Below, piece by piece: positions 9,670 through 18,821 of a stretch of 64,000 bases of DNA. How positions within the stretch are numbered: position 1 is the first letter of the stretch; every line of letters begins with the position of its first letter. The translations under genes and the position numbers were made by a program. The DNA lies in NCBI GenBank assembly GCA_963557785.1, contig CAUWBF010000005.1:10312-74311 (forward strand). Reading direction: 5' to 3'. This stretch comes from an uncultured Clostridia bacterium. Its GTDB lineage: Bacteria; Bacillota; Clostridia; TANB77; CAG-508. The notes beneath the pieces are model-generated. The model was not told the DNA's origin, made no database searches, and saw only the letters and a program-made list of their open reading frames with translations.

Positions 9670-10260
9670 TTAATCTAGTTCGTCTCCTATTTCTTCATAT
9701 TCTTGTTCATTATAAAATGCTACTTTTAAAGACATAATAATCATTTCTATTCCTAGTATAATTATATGCTCTTCAACTTTTTCAAATGGATCAAATACTA
9801 ATAATATTGACAATGATGTTTCTATAATTGCATGTATTAGTTCTCCAACAAACCTTTTATTATTTGCCTTATTAAATATTGCAACATTAAATCCTTTTAT
9901 TCCTTTTCTTAATCCTGAGATTCCCCATACAATTGCTATAAATGATATTGCATTATTACGTTTAAATAGAGTCATTATACCCAATATCATTACAACAATA
10001 TTTTCTGGTATTTTCATAGTATCTAATGTTTTATATTCTTTATTTTTTATATTTCTTATTATATTAATTATAGATATATTAATTGTTGTTATCCCAGTAA
10101 TAATTGATAGTTTTTCTTTCAAATAACTTGCAAAAATTATATGAATTAAACCAATAACTATTAATATCATTTGTATAGTAAATTTAAATTTATCTTTTTT
10201 ATTTTCTTCAATATTTGCTTTACAATATTCTTTTATTTTTTTTATATTATTTTCGCCCAA
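9670..10260 (-). CDS. Small polytopic membrane protein (possibly HdeD/DUF308-like), TTG start
   Basis: 196 aa, 4-6 hydrophobic helices. First codon is TTG preceded by aaaggag plus 8 nt. No in-frame upstream ATG before a stop. Confidence 0.5.
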   Translation of the reverse strand: MGENNIKKIKEYCKANIEENKKDKFKFTIQMILIVIGLIHIIFASYLKEKLSIITGITTINISIINIIRNIKNKEYKTLDTMKIPENIVVMILGIMTLFKRNNAISFIAIVWGISGLRKGIKGFNVAIFNKANNKRFVGELIHAIIETSLSILLVFDPFEKVEEHIIILGIEMIIMSLKVAFYNEQEYEEIGDELD

Positions 10261-10421
10261 AAAAATTCTCCTTTATAACAACATTTCTCTCTTTACTAAA
10301 AAGTTAAAAATATTATATTCTTTATTTTTAGCAAAATCAACAGTAGAGTGCCAATTTTTACATAAATTTCACATAAATTATATTTATTCTCCTACTTTAT
10401 CTCTTTGTATAATAACATAAA

Positions 10422-10462
10422 AAATAGTTGCAATTTATGTATTACATAATTGCAACTATCAT
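10422..10462 (-). terminator. Terminator of the P-type ATPase gene (12-bp stem atagttgcaatt/aattgcaactat)
   Basis: Perfect 12-bp inverted repeat followed (minus strand) by ATTTTTTAT. About 60 nt downstream of the stop at 10519. Confidence 0.65.
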
Positions 10463-10518
10463 GTTCTGTAGACATCTTTTAAAATCTTCCAAATGCTAGT
10501 AACAGACTAGTATCATTA

Positions 10519-13245
10519 CTAAATTTCATCTTTTGATACATTTATTTTTAGTAATTTAAATATTTCGACAATTATTATTGGTGCTATTATTAATCCTGCT
10601 ATTTCTAGTATATTTCCTACTGGTAATACTGGTATACTAAATATTTCTCTTAAAGCTGGTACTAATAATATAACGAACATTAAAGCAGCAGATCCAAGTA
10701 TTGCCCAAATTAATTTGCTATTATTAAATACTTTTGTTTTAAATAATGATTCTTTATTATTTCTAATATTAAATACATGTACTAATTCTGATAGTGCTAA
10801 AACTACAAATGCCATTGTTTGACCAACTTCTATTTTTGTTTCTTCTAATGATAAACCTTGTATTGGTTCTGTAGTCGTTGCTAAACCTATAATAAATGCA
10901 GCAAGTGTTAATAATCCTATCATTACCCCTTGATATATAACTCTCCAAGTCATTCCTTTTGTAAATATACCTTTTCCTGGCTTTAAAGGTTTTCTATTCA
11001 TAACATCTGCGTTTGCTGGATCAAATGCTAGGGCTAAAGCTGGTAATGAATCTGTTACTAAGTTTATCCATAATATATGGATTGGAAGTAATGGTTCTAA
11101 TGCGGATATATTAGCAATTCCAAACCATTTTGCAAGTAAAGGTGTTATTAAAGTTGCTATGAATAAAACAATTATTTCTCCAACATTACTTGATAATAAG
11201 AACTGAATAGCTTTTAATATATTATCATATATTCTTCTTCCTTCTTCTACTGCTGATACTACTGTTGCAAAGTTATCATCCGTTAAAATTACATCTGCTG
11301 CCTCTTTTGCAACATCTGTTCCAACAACTCCCATTGCACATCCAATATCTGCTGTTTTTAATGCTGGTGCATCATTTACACCATCACCTGTCATCGCTAC
11401 AATTTCTCCGTTTTTTTGCCAAGCTTTTACTATTCTAACTTTATGTTCTGGTGAAACTCTAGCATATACAGAATATTTTCTTATATTCTTTTCTAATTCT
11501 TCGTCAGACATTTTTTCTAATTCTAATCCTGTAATTGCCTCTGATTCATCTTCTAATATTCCTAATTGTTTTGCTATTGCTGTTGCTGTAATTTTATGGT
11601 CACCTGTTATCATAACAGTTTTTATTCCTGCTGTTTTACACTTTGCTACTGCTTTTTTAGCTTCTTCTCTTGGTGGATCTATCATTCCTACCATACCAAC
11701 ATATGTTAAATCATTTTCAATGTTTTTAACTTCTTCTGCTGATGGTTTATGGTCTAATACTTTGTATCCCATTGCTAGTACTCTTAAAGCATTTTGAGCC
11801 ATTTCTTTATTATTAATATCGATATCTTTTCTGAATTCTTCTAGATTTTCTTTTATTTGTCCATCAATTACATAGTTTTTACATCTTCTAAGTAATTCAT
11901 CTACTCCGCCTTTTGTATATACAATATATTTTTCTCCTAATTTATGAACAGTTGTCATTAATTTTCTATCTGAATCAAATGGTATTTCATCTACTCTAGG
12001 AAATTGCTCATATATGCTAGGATCAAAGTTTAATTTAAATCCCATATCTACTAATGCTGTTTCTGTAGGATCTCCTGTTAAAGTATTATCTTTCGAAATT
12101 TTTGTATCATTACAAAGCATACTTGCATATACCAATTGTTTTAATTCTTCTGACTCTTCTTCATTTATTTCAGATATATTTACTAATTTATTATTCCAGT
12201 ATAATTTTTCTACTGTCATTTTGTTTTGTGTTAAAGTACCTGTTTTATCAGAGCAAATAACTGTTGCACTACCTAAAGTTTCAACTGCTGGTAATCTTTT
12301 GACAATAGCATTTCTTTTTACCATTCTTTGAACACCTATAGCCAAAACAATTGTAGATACTGCTGCTAATCCTTCTGGAATTGCTGCAACTGCTAAGCTT
12401 ACTGCACTCATAAACATATGAATAGGTTCTTTACCTTGTATTAAACCTACAGCAAATATAAATGCACATATAACTAAAGCTGCTATTCCTAATGTTTTTC
12501 CTAATTTATTTAATTTTGCTTGAAGTGGAGTCTCTGTTTCTACTGTATCATTTATTATTCCTGCAATCTTTCCAACTTCAGTATTCATTCCAGTTTCTAC
12601 TACTATACCTTTTCCTCTACCATATGTTATTAAGCTAGAAGAAAATGCCATATTTATTCTATCTCCAATACCAACTTCTTTTGTTTCAATTACTGCAGTT
12701 TCTTTTTCTACTGGAACTGATTCTCCTGTAAGAGCTGATTCTTGAGATTTTAAATTGACAGCTTCTATTAATCTTAAATCTGCTGGAATATAATCTCCTG
12801 TTTCTAAAACTACTATATCTCCTGGTACTAACTCTTTAGATGGTACCACTTCCATTTTACCATTTCTTATAACTTTAGAAGCATGGTCACTTAATTTTTG
12901 TAGTGCCTCTAAAGATTTTTCAGCTTTGTTTTCTTGCATTACACCTATAATTGCATTAACTATTACAACTATTAAAATAATTATAGTATCTGTAATTCCT
13001 TCTCCTTCTGCAATTCCCACTGCACCAGAAACAATAGCTGCAATTATAAGAACAATTATCATAAAATCTTTAAATTGTTCTAAAAATTTTTGAAATATAC
13101 TTTTCTTCTTTTTTGCTTGTAATTCATTTTTACCATATTTTTCCCTGTGAGCAACTACTTGCTCATCTGTTAGTCCACTTACTAAATTTGTTTCTAACTC
13201 TTTTTCAATTTTTTCTTCAGTTTTATTAAACCAATTTTCTCCCAT
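10519..13245 (-). CDS. Cation-transporting P-type ATPase, type IIA (SERCA/YloB-like Ca2+ ATPase)
   Basis: 908 aa. DKTGTLT phosphorylation site, TGDGVNDAPALK hinge, and PEGL motif in TM4 (AIPEGLAAV) diagnostic of Ca2+ pumps rather than MgtA. SD aaaggag upstream. Confidence 0.9.
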   Translation of the reverse strand: MGENWFNKTEEKIEKELETNLVSGLTDEQVVAHREKYGKNELQAKKKKSIFQKFLEQFKDFMIIVLIIAAIVSGAVGIAEGEGITDTIIILIVVIVNAIIGVMQENKAEKSLEALQKLSDHASKVIRNGKMEVVPSKELVPGDIVVLETGDYIPADLRLIEAVNLKSQESALTGESVPVEKETAVIETKEVGIGDRINMAFSSSLITYGRGKGIVVETGMNTEVGKIAGIINDTVETETPLQAKLNKLGKTLGIAALVICAFIFAVGLIQGKEPIHMFMSAVSLAVAAIPEGLAAVSTIVLAIGVQRMVKRNAIVKRLPAVETLGSATVICSDKTGTLTQNKMTVEKLYWNNKLVNISEINEEESEELKQLVYASMLCNDTKISKDNTLTGDPTETALVDMGFKLNFDPSIYEQFPRVDEIPFDSDRKLMTTVHKLGEKYIVYTKGGVDELLRRCKNYVIDGQIKENLEEFRKDIDINNKEMAQNALRVLAMGYKVLDHKPSAEEVKNIENDLTYVGMVGMIDPPREEAKKAVAKCKTAGIKTVMITGDHKITATAIAKQLGILEDESEAITGLELEKMSDEELEKNIRKYSVYARVSPEHKVRIVKAWQKNGEIVAMTGDGVNDAPALKTADIGCAMGVVGTDVAKEAADVILTDDNFATVVSAVEEGRRIYDNILKAIQFLLSSNVGEIIVLFIATLITPLLAKWFGIANISALEPLLPIHILWINLVTDSLPALALAFDPANADVMNRKPLKPGKGIFTKGMTWRVIYQGVMIGLLTLAAFIIGLATTTEPIQGLSLEETKIEVGQTMAFVVLALSELVHVFNIRNNKESLFKTKVFNNSKLIWAILGSAALMFVILLVPALREIFSIPVLPVGNILEIAGLIIAPIIIVEIFKLLKINVSKDEI

Positions 13246-13261
13246 TATCTAATCTCCTTTT

Positions 13262-13445
13262 CTTTTATTATATACAAAAATAAGACTTTTAAAAGAACTT
13301 ATATTTTTGCATATAGAAATTCTTTTAAAAGTCTTGCTTACCTATTAAAAGGTTACTAACCAGATATTTCGAGATTGTTGATTAGTAGTTAATAAGCTAC
13401 TCCCTTTTAACTGATTAAAATTTTATCATATATTTTTTTATTTTT
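13262..13445 (-). promoter_or_regulatory. Long 5' leader of the Ca2+ ATPase gene: sigma-A-like promoter (TTGAAA-17-TAAAAT) and a terminator-like 16-bp hairpin before the SD
   Basis: Minus-strand TTGAAA/TAAAAT about 200 nt upstream of the ATG. In the leader a perfect 16-bp inverted repeat aagacttttaaaagaa / ttcttttaaaagtctt (about 13281-13296 and 13321-13336) is followed by ATTTTTG: an attenuator candidate. Confidence 0.4.
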
Positions 13446-13463
13446 CAAGATTATAATTAAAAA

Positions 13464-13494
13464 AACTGCATAAATATGTTTATGCAGTTTTTTG
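13464..13494. terminator. Bidirectional terminator (ctgcataaa-tatgt-ttatgcag) downstream of the sortase gene
   Basis: 9-bp stem with A-run and T-run flanks immediately after the stop at 13499. Confidence 0.7.
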
Positions 13495-13498
13495 TATT

Positions 13499-14182
13499 TT
13501 ATTCTGCTTTTGCCCAAATTATTAATCTACCTTTACTATCATCTGTACAAGTAGTTAATGATATTTCTCTTGCTCCGGCTGTATCTCTTAACCAATAGTC
13601 TGTATCTTCTGGAGTTGTTTCGTATTTATTATATATTGTATATTTAACTTTTGTTCCTGAATTATCTGTTATGTATATTGTATCTCCAATTTTTAGTTTC
13701 TTGTTATTTGAAAAAAATAGTCCATTTCTATAATTATGTCCTGCAATAATTGTATTTCCTGGTAAATTTGGTCCAGGTCCATATTGAATACCTACAGCTA
13801 CTTCTATTTCTTTCTTTCCTGCTTGACTTAATATTGGATAATCTAAGTCTATTGCTGGTATTTGTATTCTTCCACTTACATCAAATCCTTTATATTGTGG
13901 TTTCTTTGAAGATGTATTTGTTGTTGATGTAGTAGTATTAGTTGTCATATTCATTTCATTAAATGGATTTTCTGCCTCTACCACATTTTCTTCTTCTGTC
14001 AAGTTCTTTATTGTTGTTCCTATTTCGTTTTCATAATTTTCTAAGAAGTCTTTAGCATCTTTTTCAATAAAATACTTTTGATATAAATCGAATCCTAAAA
14101 ATCCTAATAAACCTATTATTGCTATAATTACTATTACTAATAATACTGTTAAAAATTTACTATATTTACTATCAGCGAACAT
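13499..14182 (-). CDS. Sortase (transpeptidase), N-terminal membrane anchor
   Basis: TLxTC catalytic motif (ISLTTCTDD), conserved His (IIAGHNY) and Arg. ORF-track start is TTG, but ggaggt plus 6 nt precedes the internal ATG (MFADSKYS), so 14182 is taken as the start. Confidence 0.8.
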   Translation of the reverse strand: MFADSKYSKFLTVLLVIVIIAIIGLLGFLGFDLYQKYFIEKDAKDFLENYENEIGTTIKNLTEEENVVEAENPFNEMNMTTNTTTSTTNTSSKKPQYKGFDVSGRIQIPAIDLDYPILSQAGKKEIEVAVGIQYGPGPNLPGNTIIAGHNYRNGLFFSNNKKLKIGDTIYITDNSGTKVKYTIYNKYETTPEDTDYWLRDTAGAREISLTTCTDDSKGRLIIWAKAE

Positions 14183-14273
14183 AACTTTTACCTCCAATTA
14201 TTCTCATATACTTTATTATAACATATTTTTTAATATTTTAACAGAGTATTTGAGCTTTTTCTTTTGCTTTATA

Positions 14274-14621
14274 TTAATTACAAATTTTAGTTCCTAATTC
14301 TTTTCCCGCTATTAAATGAAAATGTAAATGCATAACTTCTTGTCCTGAGTCTTTACCACTATTTGTTATTACTCTATATCCTGACTCTGAAACACCTTGT
14401 TCTTCAGCTATTTTATTTATAATTGAATATATTCTTCCAATTAATGCTTCATCTTCTTTTTTCATATCTTTTATTGAATCCATATGTTTTTTTGGAATTA
14501 CTAATATATGTACTGGAGCTGCAGGATTTATATCTTTAAATGCTATTACTTCATCATCTTCATACACTATAGTTGAAGGTATTTCTTTATTAGCTATTTT
14601 ACAAAATAAACAATCTCCCAT
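14274..14621 (-). CDS. HIT-family (histidine triad) nucleotide hydrolase
   Basis: 115 aa with HLHFHLI histidine-triad motif. SD aaggag upstream. Confidence 0.85.
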   Translation of the reverse strand: MGDCLFCKIANKEIPSTIVYEDDEVIAFKDINPAAPVHILVIPKKHMDSIKDMKKEDEALIGRIYSIINKIAEEQGVSESGYRVITNSGKDSGQEVMHLHFHLIAGKELGTKICN

Positions 14622-14639
14622 TATTTTATTCTCCTTATT

Positions 14640-16400
14640 TTATTCTTTTATTAAAACTGCTTTTATTCTTCTTACACCTGATGAACTAGATTCTTCCTTC
14701 TTTATCTTTAATTTTCCAAGTTCCGCTGTATGTTTCACATGAGGTCCACCACAGATTTCTTTGCTAAAATCTCCTATTGTATATACCTTTACTCTATCTC
14801 CATATTTATTAGTAAATAAACCAATTGCACCAGATTTTTTTGCTTCATCATATGTCATTTCTTCGCATGTAACTGGTAAATCTTTTTGTATTTGTTCATT
14901 TACTAAATCTTCTACTTTTTTAATTTCTTCTGGAGTCATTTTTTGTGGATGTGTAAAGTCAAATCTTAATCTATCTACTGTAATATTAGATCCATTTTGT
15001 TTTACGTGTTCTCCCAATACTTCTCTTAAAGCTTCGTGTAAAAGGTGTGTAGCAGTATGATAAGCTGTTGTTACTTCATTTTGTTCTGCTAATCCTCCCT
15101 TAAATTTTTGTTCAGCACCTTGTCTTGATTTTTCTTGATGAGCTTTGAATAATTCATCAAATTTATTTAAATCAACTTTCATGCTATTTTCTTCTGCAAG
15201 TTCTTTTGTTACTTCTGGTGGGAATCCATAAGTATCATATAATCTAAATACTACTTCTCCTGATATTTTGTCTTGTCCTTGTTCTTTAGCTTTTTTTATT
15301 TCTTTTTCAAATTCTCTTTCACCATGTGCTAAAGTTTTTACGAATTTATCTTTTTCTTCTATAATTACATTTTTAATTGTCTCTTTATTTTTATCTAAAT
15401 CTGGATACATTTCTTTTAAGTTTTCTACGTTTAGGTCAATTAAATTTGATATTTCATCTAAGTTAATTTGTAATTTATTCATATGTCTTATCATTCTACG
15501 AATTAATCTTCTTAAAATATATCCTCTATCTATGTTACTTGGTCTTCCTCCATCGCATATAATCATCATACTAGAGCGAAGATGTTCTGCAACTACTCTT
15601 CTACTTTGTATACTATCTACTTTTTGTAATTCTTCTAATTTGTGCATTATTGGTGCAAATAATTCTGTATCATATGGTGTTTCTTTTCCTTGAAGAAGCA
15701 TTGTCATTCTTTCTAATCCAAGTCCTGTATCTACGTTTTTCTTTTCTAATTTTGTATATTTTCCGTCTTTACTTTTAAAGTATTCCATAAATACATTGTT
15801 CCATATTTCTACATATTTACCACAATCGCAAGATGGTTCACAATGGTCTGAGCATGCTGGTTTTCCTGTATCGTAGAACATTTCTGTATCTGGTCCACAT
15901 GGTCCTTCTTCTCCTGCTATCCACCAGTTATCATCTTTTCCATAAAAATATATATGGTTTTCTGGTATTCCAGCTTTTTTCCAACATTCATATGCTACAT
16001 TATCTCTTGGAGCGTCTTCGTCTCCTGCAAAACAAGTAACAGATAGTTTTTCTACTGGTATTCCTAATTCTTTAGTTAGAAAATCAAAGCTCATTTGAAT
16101 TGATTCTTCTTTGAAGTAATCTCCTAAAGACCAGTTTCCTAGCATCTCAAAATATGTTAAATGACGATTATCTCCTACTTCATCTATATCAACAGTTCTA
16201 ACACATTTTTGATAGTCTGTTAGTCTTGTTCCTTCTGGATGTTTTTCTCCTAATAAATATGGTACTAATGGTTGCATACCAGCTGTTGTAAATAATACAG
16301 ATGGATCATTTTCTGGTATTAATGGTGCACTTGGTATTATTTTATGTCCATGATTTTCAAAAAATTTCAAATATTTATTTCTTATCTCTATAGCTTTCAT
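14640..16400 (-). CDS. alaS: Alanine--tRNA ligase-like, short form (586 aa) lacking the C-Ala domain and part of the editing domain
   Basis: N-terminal class II AlaRS catalytic core (FTTAGMQP, WSLGDYF, CGPDTE, EIWNNVFMEY, GLGLERM). Retains editing-site zinc motifs HTATHLLH and CGGPHV. Ends about 290 aa short of canonical 870-880 aa bacterial AlaRS. Confidence 0.8.
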   Translation of the reverse strand: MKAIEIRNKYLKFFENHGHKIIPSAPLIPENDPSVLFTTAGMQPLVPYLLGEKHPEGTRLTDYQKCVRTVDIDEVGDNRHLTYFEMLGNWSLGDYFKEESIQMSFDFLTKELGIPVEKLSVTCFAGDEDAPRDNVAYECWKKAGIPENHIYFYGKDDNWWIAGEEGPCGPDTEMFYDTGKPACSDHCEPSCDCGKYVEIWNNVFMEYFKSKDGKYTKLEKKNVDTGLGLERMTMLLQGKETPYDTELFAPIMHKLEELQKVDSIQSRRVVAEHLRSSMMIICDGGRPSNIDRGYILRRLIRRMIRHMNKLQINLDEISNLIDLNVENLKEMYPDLDKNKETIKNVIIEEKDKFVKTLAHGEREFEKEIKKAKEQGQDKISGEVVFRLYDTYGFPPEVTKELAEENSMKVDLNKFDELFKAHQEKSRQGAEQKFKGGLAEQNEVTTAYHTATHLLHEALREVLGEHVKQNGSNITVDRLRFDFTHPQKMTPEEIKKVEDLVNEQIQKDLPVTCEEMTYDEAKKSGAIGLFTNKYGDRVKVYTIGDFSKEICGGPHVKHTAELGKLKIKKEESSSSGVRRIKAVLIKE

Positions 16401-16486
16401 ATAAGATTCTCCTTTTTATTTATCTAACGATGAAATTATATTACATTATGTTAGAAAAATCAAGAAAATCCGGCTTTTAGACATAA

Positions 16487-16520
16487 AAAAATACTAGTGT
16501 ATAAAGCTAGTATTTTTTTA
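16487..16520 (-). terminator. Terminator hairpin (atactag-tgtataaag-ctagtat) between the hypothetical gene and the alaS promoter
   Basis: Inverted repeat flanked by A7/T7 right after the stop at 16524. The alaS promoter TTGATT-17-TATAAT lies just downstream. Confidence 0.55.
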
Positions 16521-16523
16521 GAA

Positions 16524-17354
16524 TTAATTGTTTAAGATTTTATCTGCTCTTTCTTTTAGGTTAGAATCTTTTTCCATATAATAATATCCTTGTTTAATTA
16601 ATTTTTTTAGTATTCCTTTTTCTTCTTCAGTTATTTTTTTACTTTCAGATACATCTAATATAATATTATATAACTCTATTTCTTTTTCTTCTAAATCTCT
16701 AGGTCCATAATTTTTTACTTTATTTATTTCAATTACTTCTTCATATACTTTTTCAAAATTATTATTATATTTTTTTAGAATTTCAATTGCTATTTCTTGA
16801 TTGTTTTTTGATTCTTCTATTATTTTTGTTTTTTCTTGCATTTCATCACTATTTGAATATAGTTTATATGAATCATCTAGTTTAAAATAATCTCTTACTG
16901 TAGTTTCTATTCTTTCATTATCTTTATTATTTCCATATATCTTTATATAATTTTCATAACATTCATTAACCATATTAATATATTGTTCATTGTCTTCTTC
17001 GTTCCTAGTCTCGTATCCTAAATCATAGTAATATTCATAAAATATTTCTGCTAATTTAACTTTTATAGGTTTATTTTTTTCTTTATCAAATTTAAGATTA
17101 TAATCTCCAATTTCATATATTATTTCCGAAAATTCTGTACCTGTATAACAATATTTATTTATTTTATATCCTAATCCTATAGCTTCCCATGATCCTCCGT
17201 CGGCATATGTCGCTTTATAATACATAGTAAATGATAATGGATTTTTTTTATTTTTTACTCTATTTTTATTTATAAAAAAAGTTATTACTACAAATATCAG
17301 CATAAATATAAATATTCCTAATATTATTTTTAATATTTTAGATAAAAACTTCAT
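16524..17354 (-). CDS. Hypothetical membrane-anchored protein (N-terminal TM, acidic/Lys-rich extracytoplasmic domain)
   Basis: 276 aa with a single N-terminal TM helix and no recognisable domain. 11 nt downstream of, and co-directional with, the preceding exported protein gene. Confidence 0.5.
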   Translation of the reverse strand: MKFLSKILKIILGIFIFMLIFVVITFFINKNRVKNKKNPLSFTMYYKATYADGGSWEAIGLGYKINKYCYTGTEFSEIIYEIGDYNLKFDKEKNKPIKVKLAEIFYEYYYDLGYETRNEEDNEQYINMVNECYENYIKIYGNNKDNERIETTVRDYFKLDDSYKLYSNSDEMQEKTKIIEESKNNQEIAIEILKKYNNNFEKVYEEVIEINKVKNYGPRDLEEKEIELYNIILDVSESKKITEEEKGILKKLIKQGYYYMEKDSNLKERADKILNN

Positions 17355-17365
17355 ATTATTCTCCT

Positions 17366-18682
17366 TTATATATCATATATTTCAGATAATACTGTACTTG
17401 TTCCATTTGCATATCTAAATGTATTATATACTATAATTTGTTTTTTTCCATCTTTATTATACATATAATATGTCCTTTGATTAGATATCTTTGAGTTTAA
17501 TATTTCATAATTCTGCACGTTGCTCGCAGTAGCTAAAGCACTATACTGGCTGGTATTTATAGTTTCTATATCGGTAGACAATATATTATTTTTTTCTTCT
17601 TCTGAAATGTATATAGTAGAGTCTACAATTTTAGTTACTTTACTATTATTTACGAATATTTTATATTGCGATTCTGTATAAAACTCACCAATCTTTCTTG
17701 TTAATACTATTGTATATGTTTCTTCATCTAACATTGTTTTATTTTCTACAATAGAATACTCATCTTTATTAAAATTATTATCATAATCACTTATAGCATC
17801 AAATATGTCCTCATAATATCCACTTGTAAATTCTATATTTGTATCTCTAATATTTGGTATTTCTTTTATTATCGTAGGATTATAACCTAAGTTTTCAACT
17901 TTTGCTTTGGATTTCATTACTTCTAAATTATATGTATTAACTCTATAATCGGACAATTTAGTATATCCTCCATCATTACTATATTGAATCAAACTTGTAA
18001 CATTTGATCCTTCTGGATATGTTTGAGCTGCTCCTGCATATTCTAAGGCATCTCTAATTGTATAATCTTGAGTTAAAGCCCAATTTAAATGTTTACAAAA
18101 ATCTTTCTGTGCACCTGATTCTACCTGATATCTCCAACCTATGGTATTTTTTGTACCCTTGCTATAAAATAATTGCGCCAAATTAGGTGTGGAAATAGTA
18201 GGTTCACTATCTCCAGTTGAAGCTGTTTCACATCCTGCTAGTATTACTAATATATTTGTATTTTTTTCCATATTGTTAAGCGATACGTATTTATATCCGT
18301 TAGATTCATACCCATCACTTTGTCTTCCATGTACTCCGCAGGCATATTCTCCTCCTTTTTGCTTATAGTTCCAATCCATAGTATATCTACTTCCATGCCC
18401 ATCTAAATATAATATATCACTTTCCCAAAGTCTTATATTATAATCCCCATATCCACCTCTTAATAACCACTCATATGTTGGTTGAGTTAATATAGCAGTA
18501 TCATATCCAAATGATTTATAACAATTCCTTGCATATTCTACATTTTCCGTTGTGTTTAGTCCAAATAGCCCACTTCTATAGTCTGTTCCTATCCCTGAAG
18601 CTTTGTTATATAATGCATACCCTTCTGTATTTAGTATTACTAAAAAAGCTATAAAAATTGAAATAAAAATTTTTTTTATCAT
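17366..18682 (-). CDS. Exported hypothetical protein with clan-CD-like (caspase/legumain/clostripain-type) His...Cys signature
   Basis: Signal peptide (MIKKIFISIFIAFLVIL). LYLDGHGS and, about 50 aa later, VILAGCETAS resemble the His-Gly/Ala-Cys catalytic dyad spacing of clan CD cysteine peptidases. Start set at the second ATG, which has an aaaggggg SD. Confidence 0.45.
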   Translation of the reverse strand: MIKKIFISIFIAFLVILNTEGYALYNKASGIGTDYRSGLFGLNTTENVEYARNCYKSFGYDTAILTQPTYEWLLRGGYGDYNIRLWESDILYLDGHGSRYTMDWNYKQKGGEYACGVHGRQSDGYESNGYKYVSLNNMEKNTNILVILAGCETASTGDSEPTISTPNLAQLFYSKGTKNTIGWRYQVESGAQKDFCKHLNWALTQDYTIRDALEYAGAAQTYPEGSNVTSLIQYSNDGGYTKLSDYRVNTYNLEVMKSKAKVENLGYNPTIIKEIPNIRDTNIEFTSGYYEDIFDAISDYDNNFNKDEYSIVENKTMLDEETYTIVLTRKIGEFYTESQYKIFVNNSKVTKIVDSTIYISEEEKNNILSTDIETINTSQYSALATASNVQNYEILNSKISNQRTYYMYNKDGKKQIIVYNTFRYANGTSTVLSEIYDI

Positions 18683-18783
18683 AATGTTTCCCCCTTTAAT
18701 TATATATATCATATTTTCATATAAAAAAACCGAAAAGTTGAAAAAGTTGAAAAAATTTATTTATATCGACTTTGTCAAAAAAA

Positions 18784-18814
18784 GACCAAAATATAATTTA
18801 ATTTTGGCCTTTTT
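18784..18814. terminator. Terminator hairpin after spoVT (gaccaaaat...attttggcc with A/T flanks)
   Basis: Imperfect 9-bp stem with A7 upstream and a T-run downstream, immediately after the spoVT stop at 18822. Confidence 0.55.
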
Positions 18815-18821
18815 TATTTTT

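Noticed and set aside
11000-12400. Possibility that the P-type ATPase is an Mg2+ importer (MgtA) with an M-box riboswitch
   Set aside because: The TM4 PEGL motif and overall signature match SERCA/YloB-type Ca2+ pumps rather than MgtA. The leader is extremely AT-rich and does not resemble the M-box consensus by eye. It is kept only as a generic attenuator candidate.
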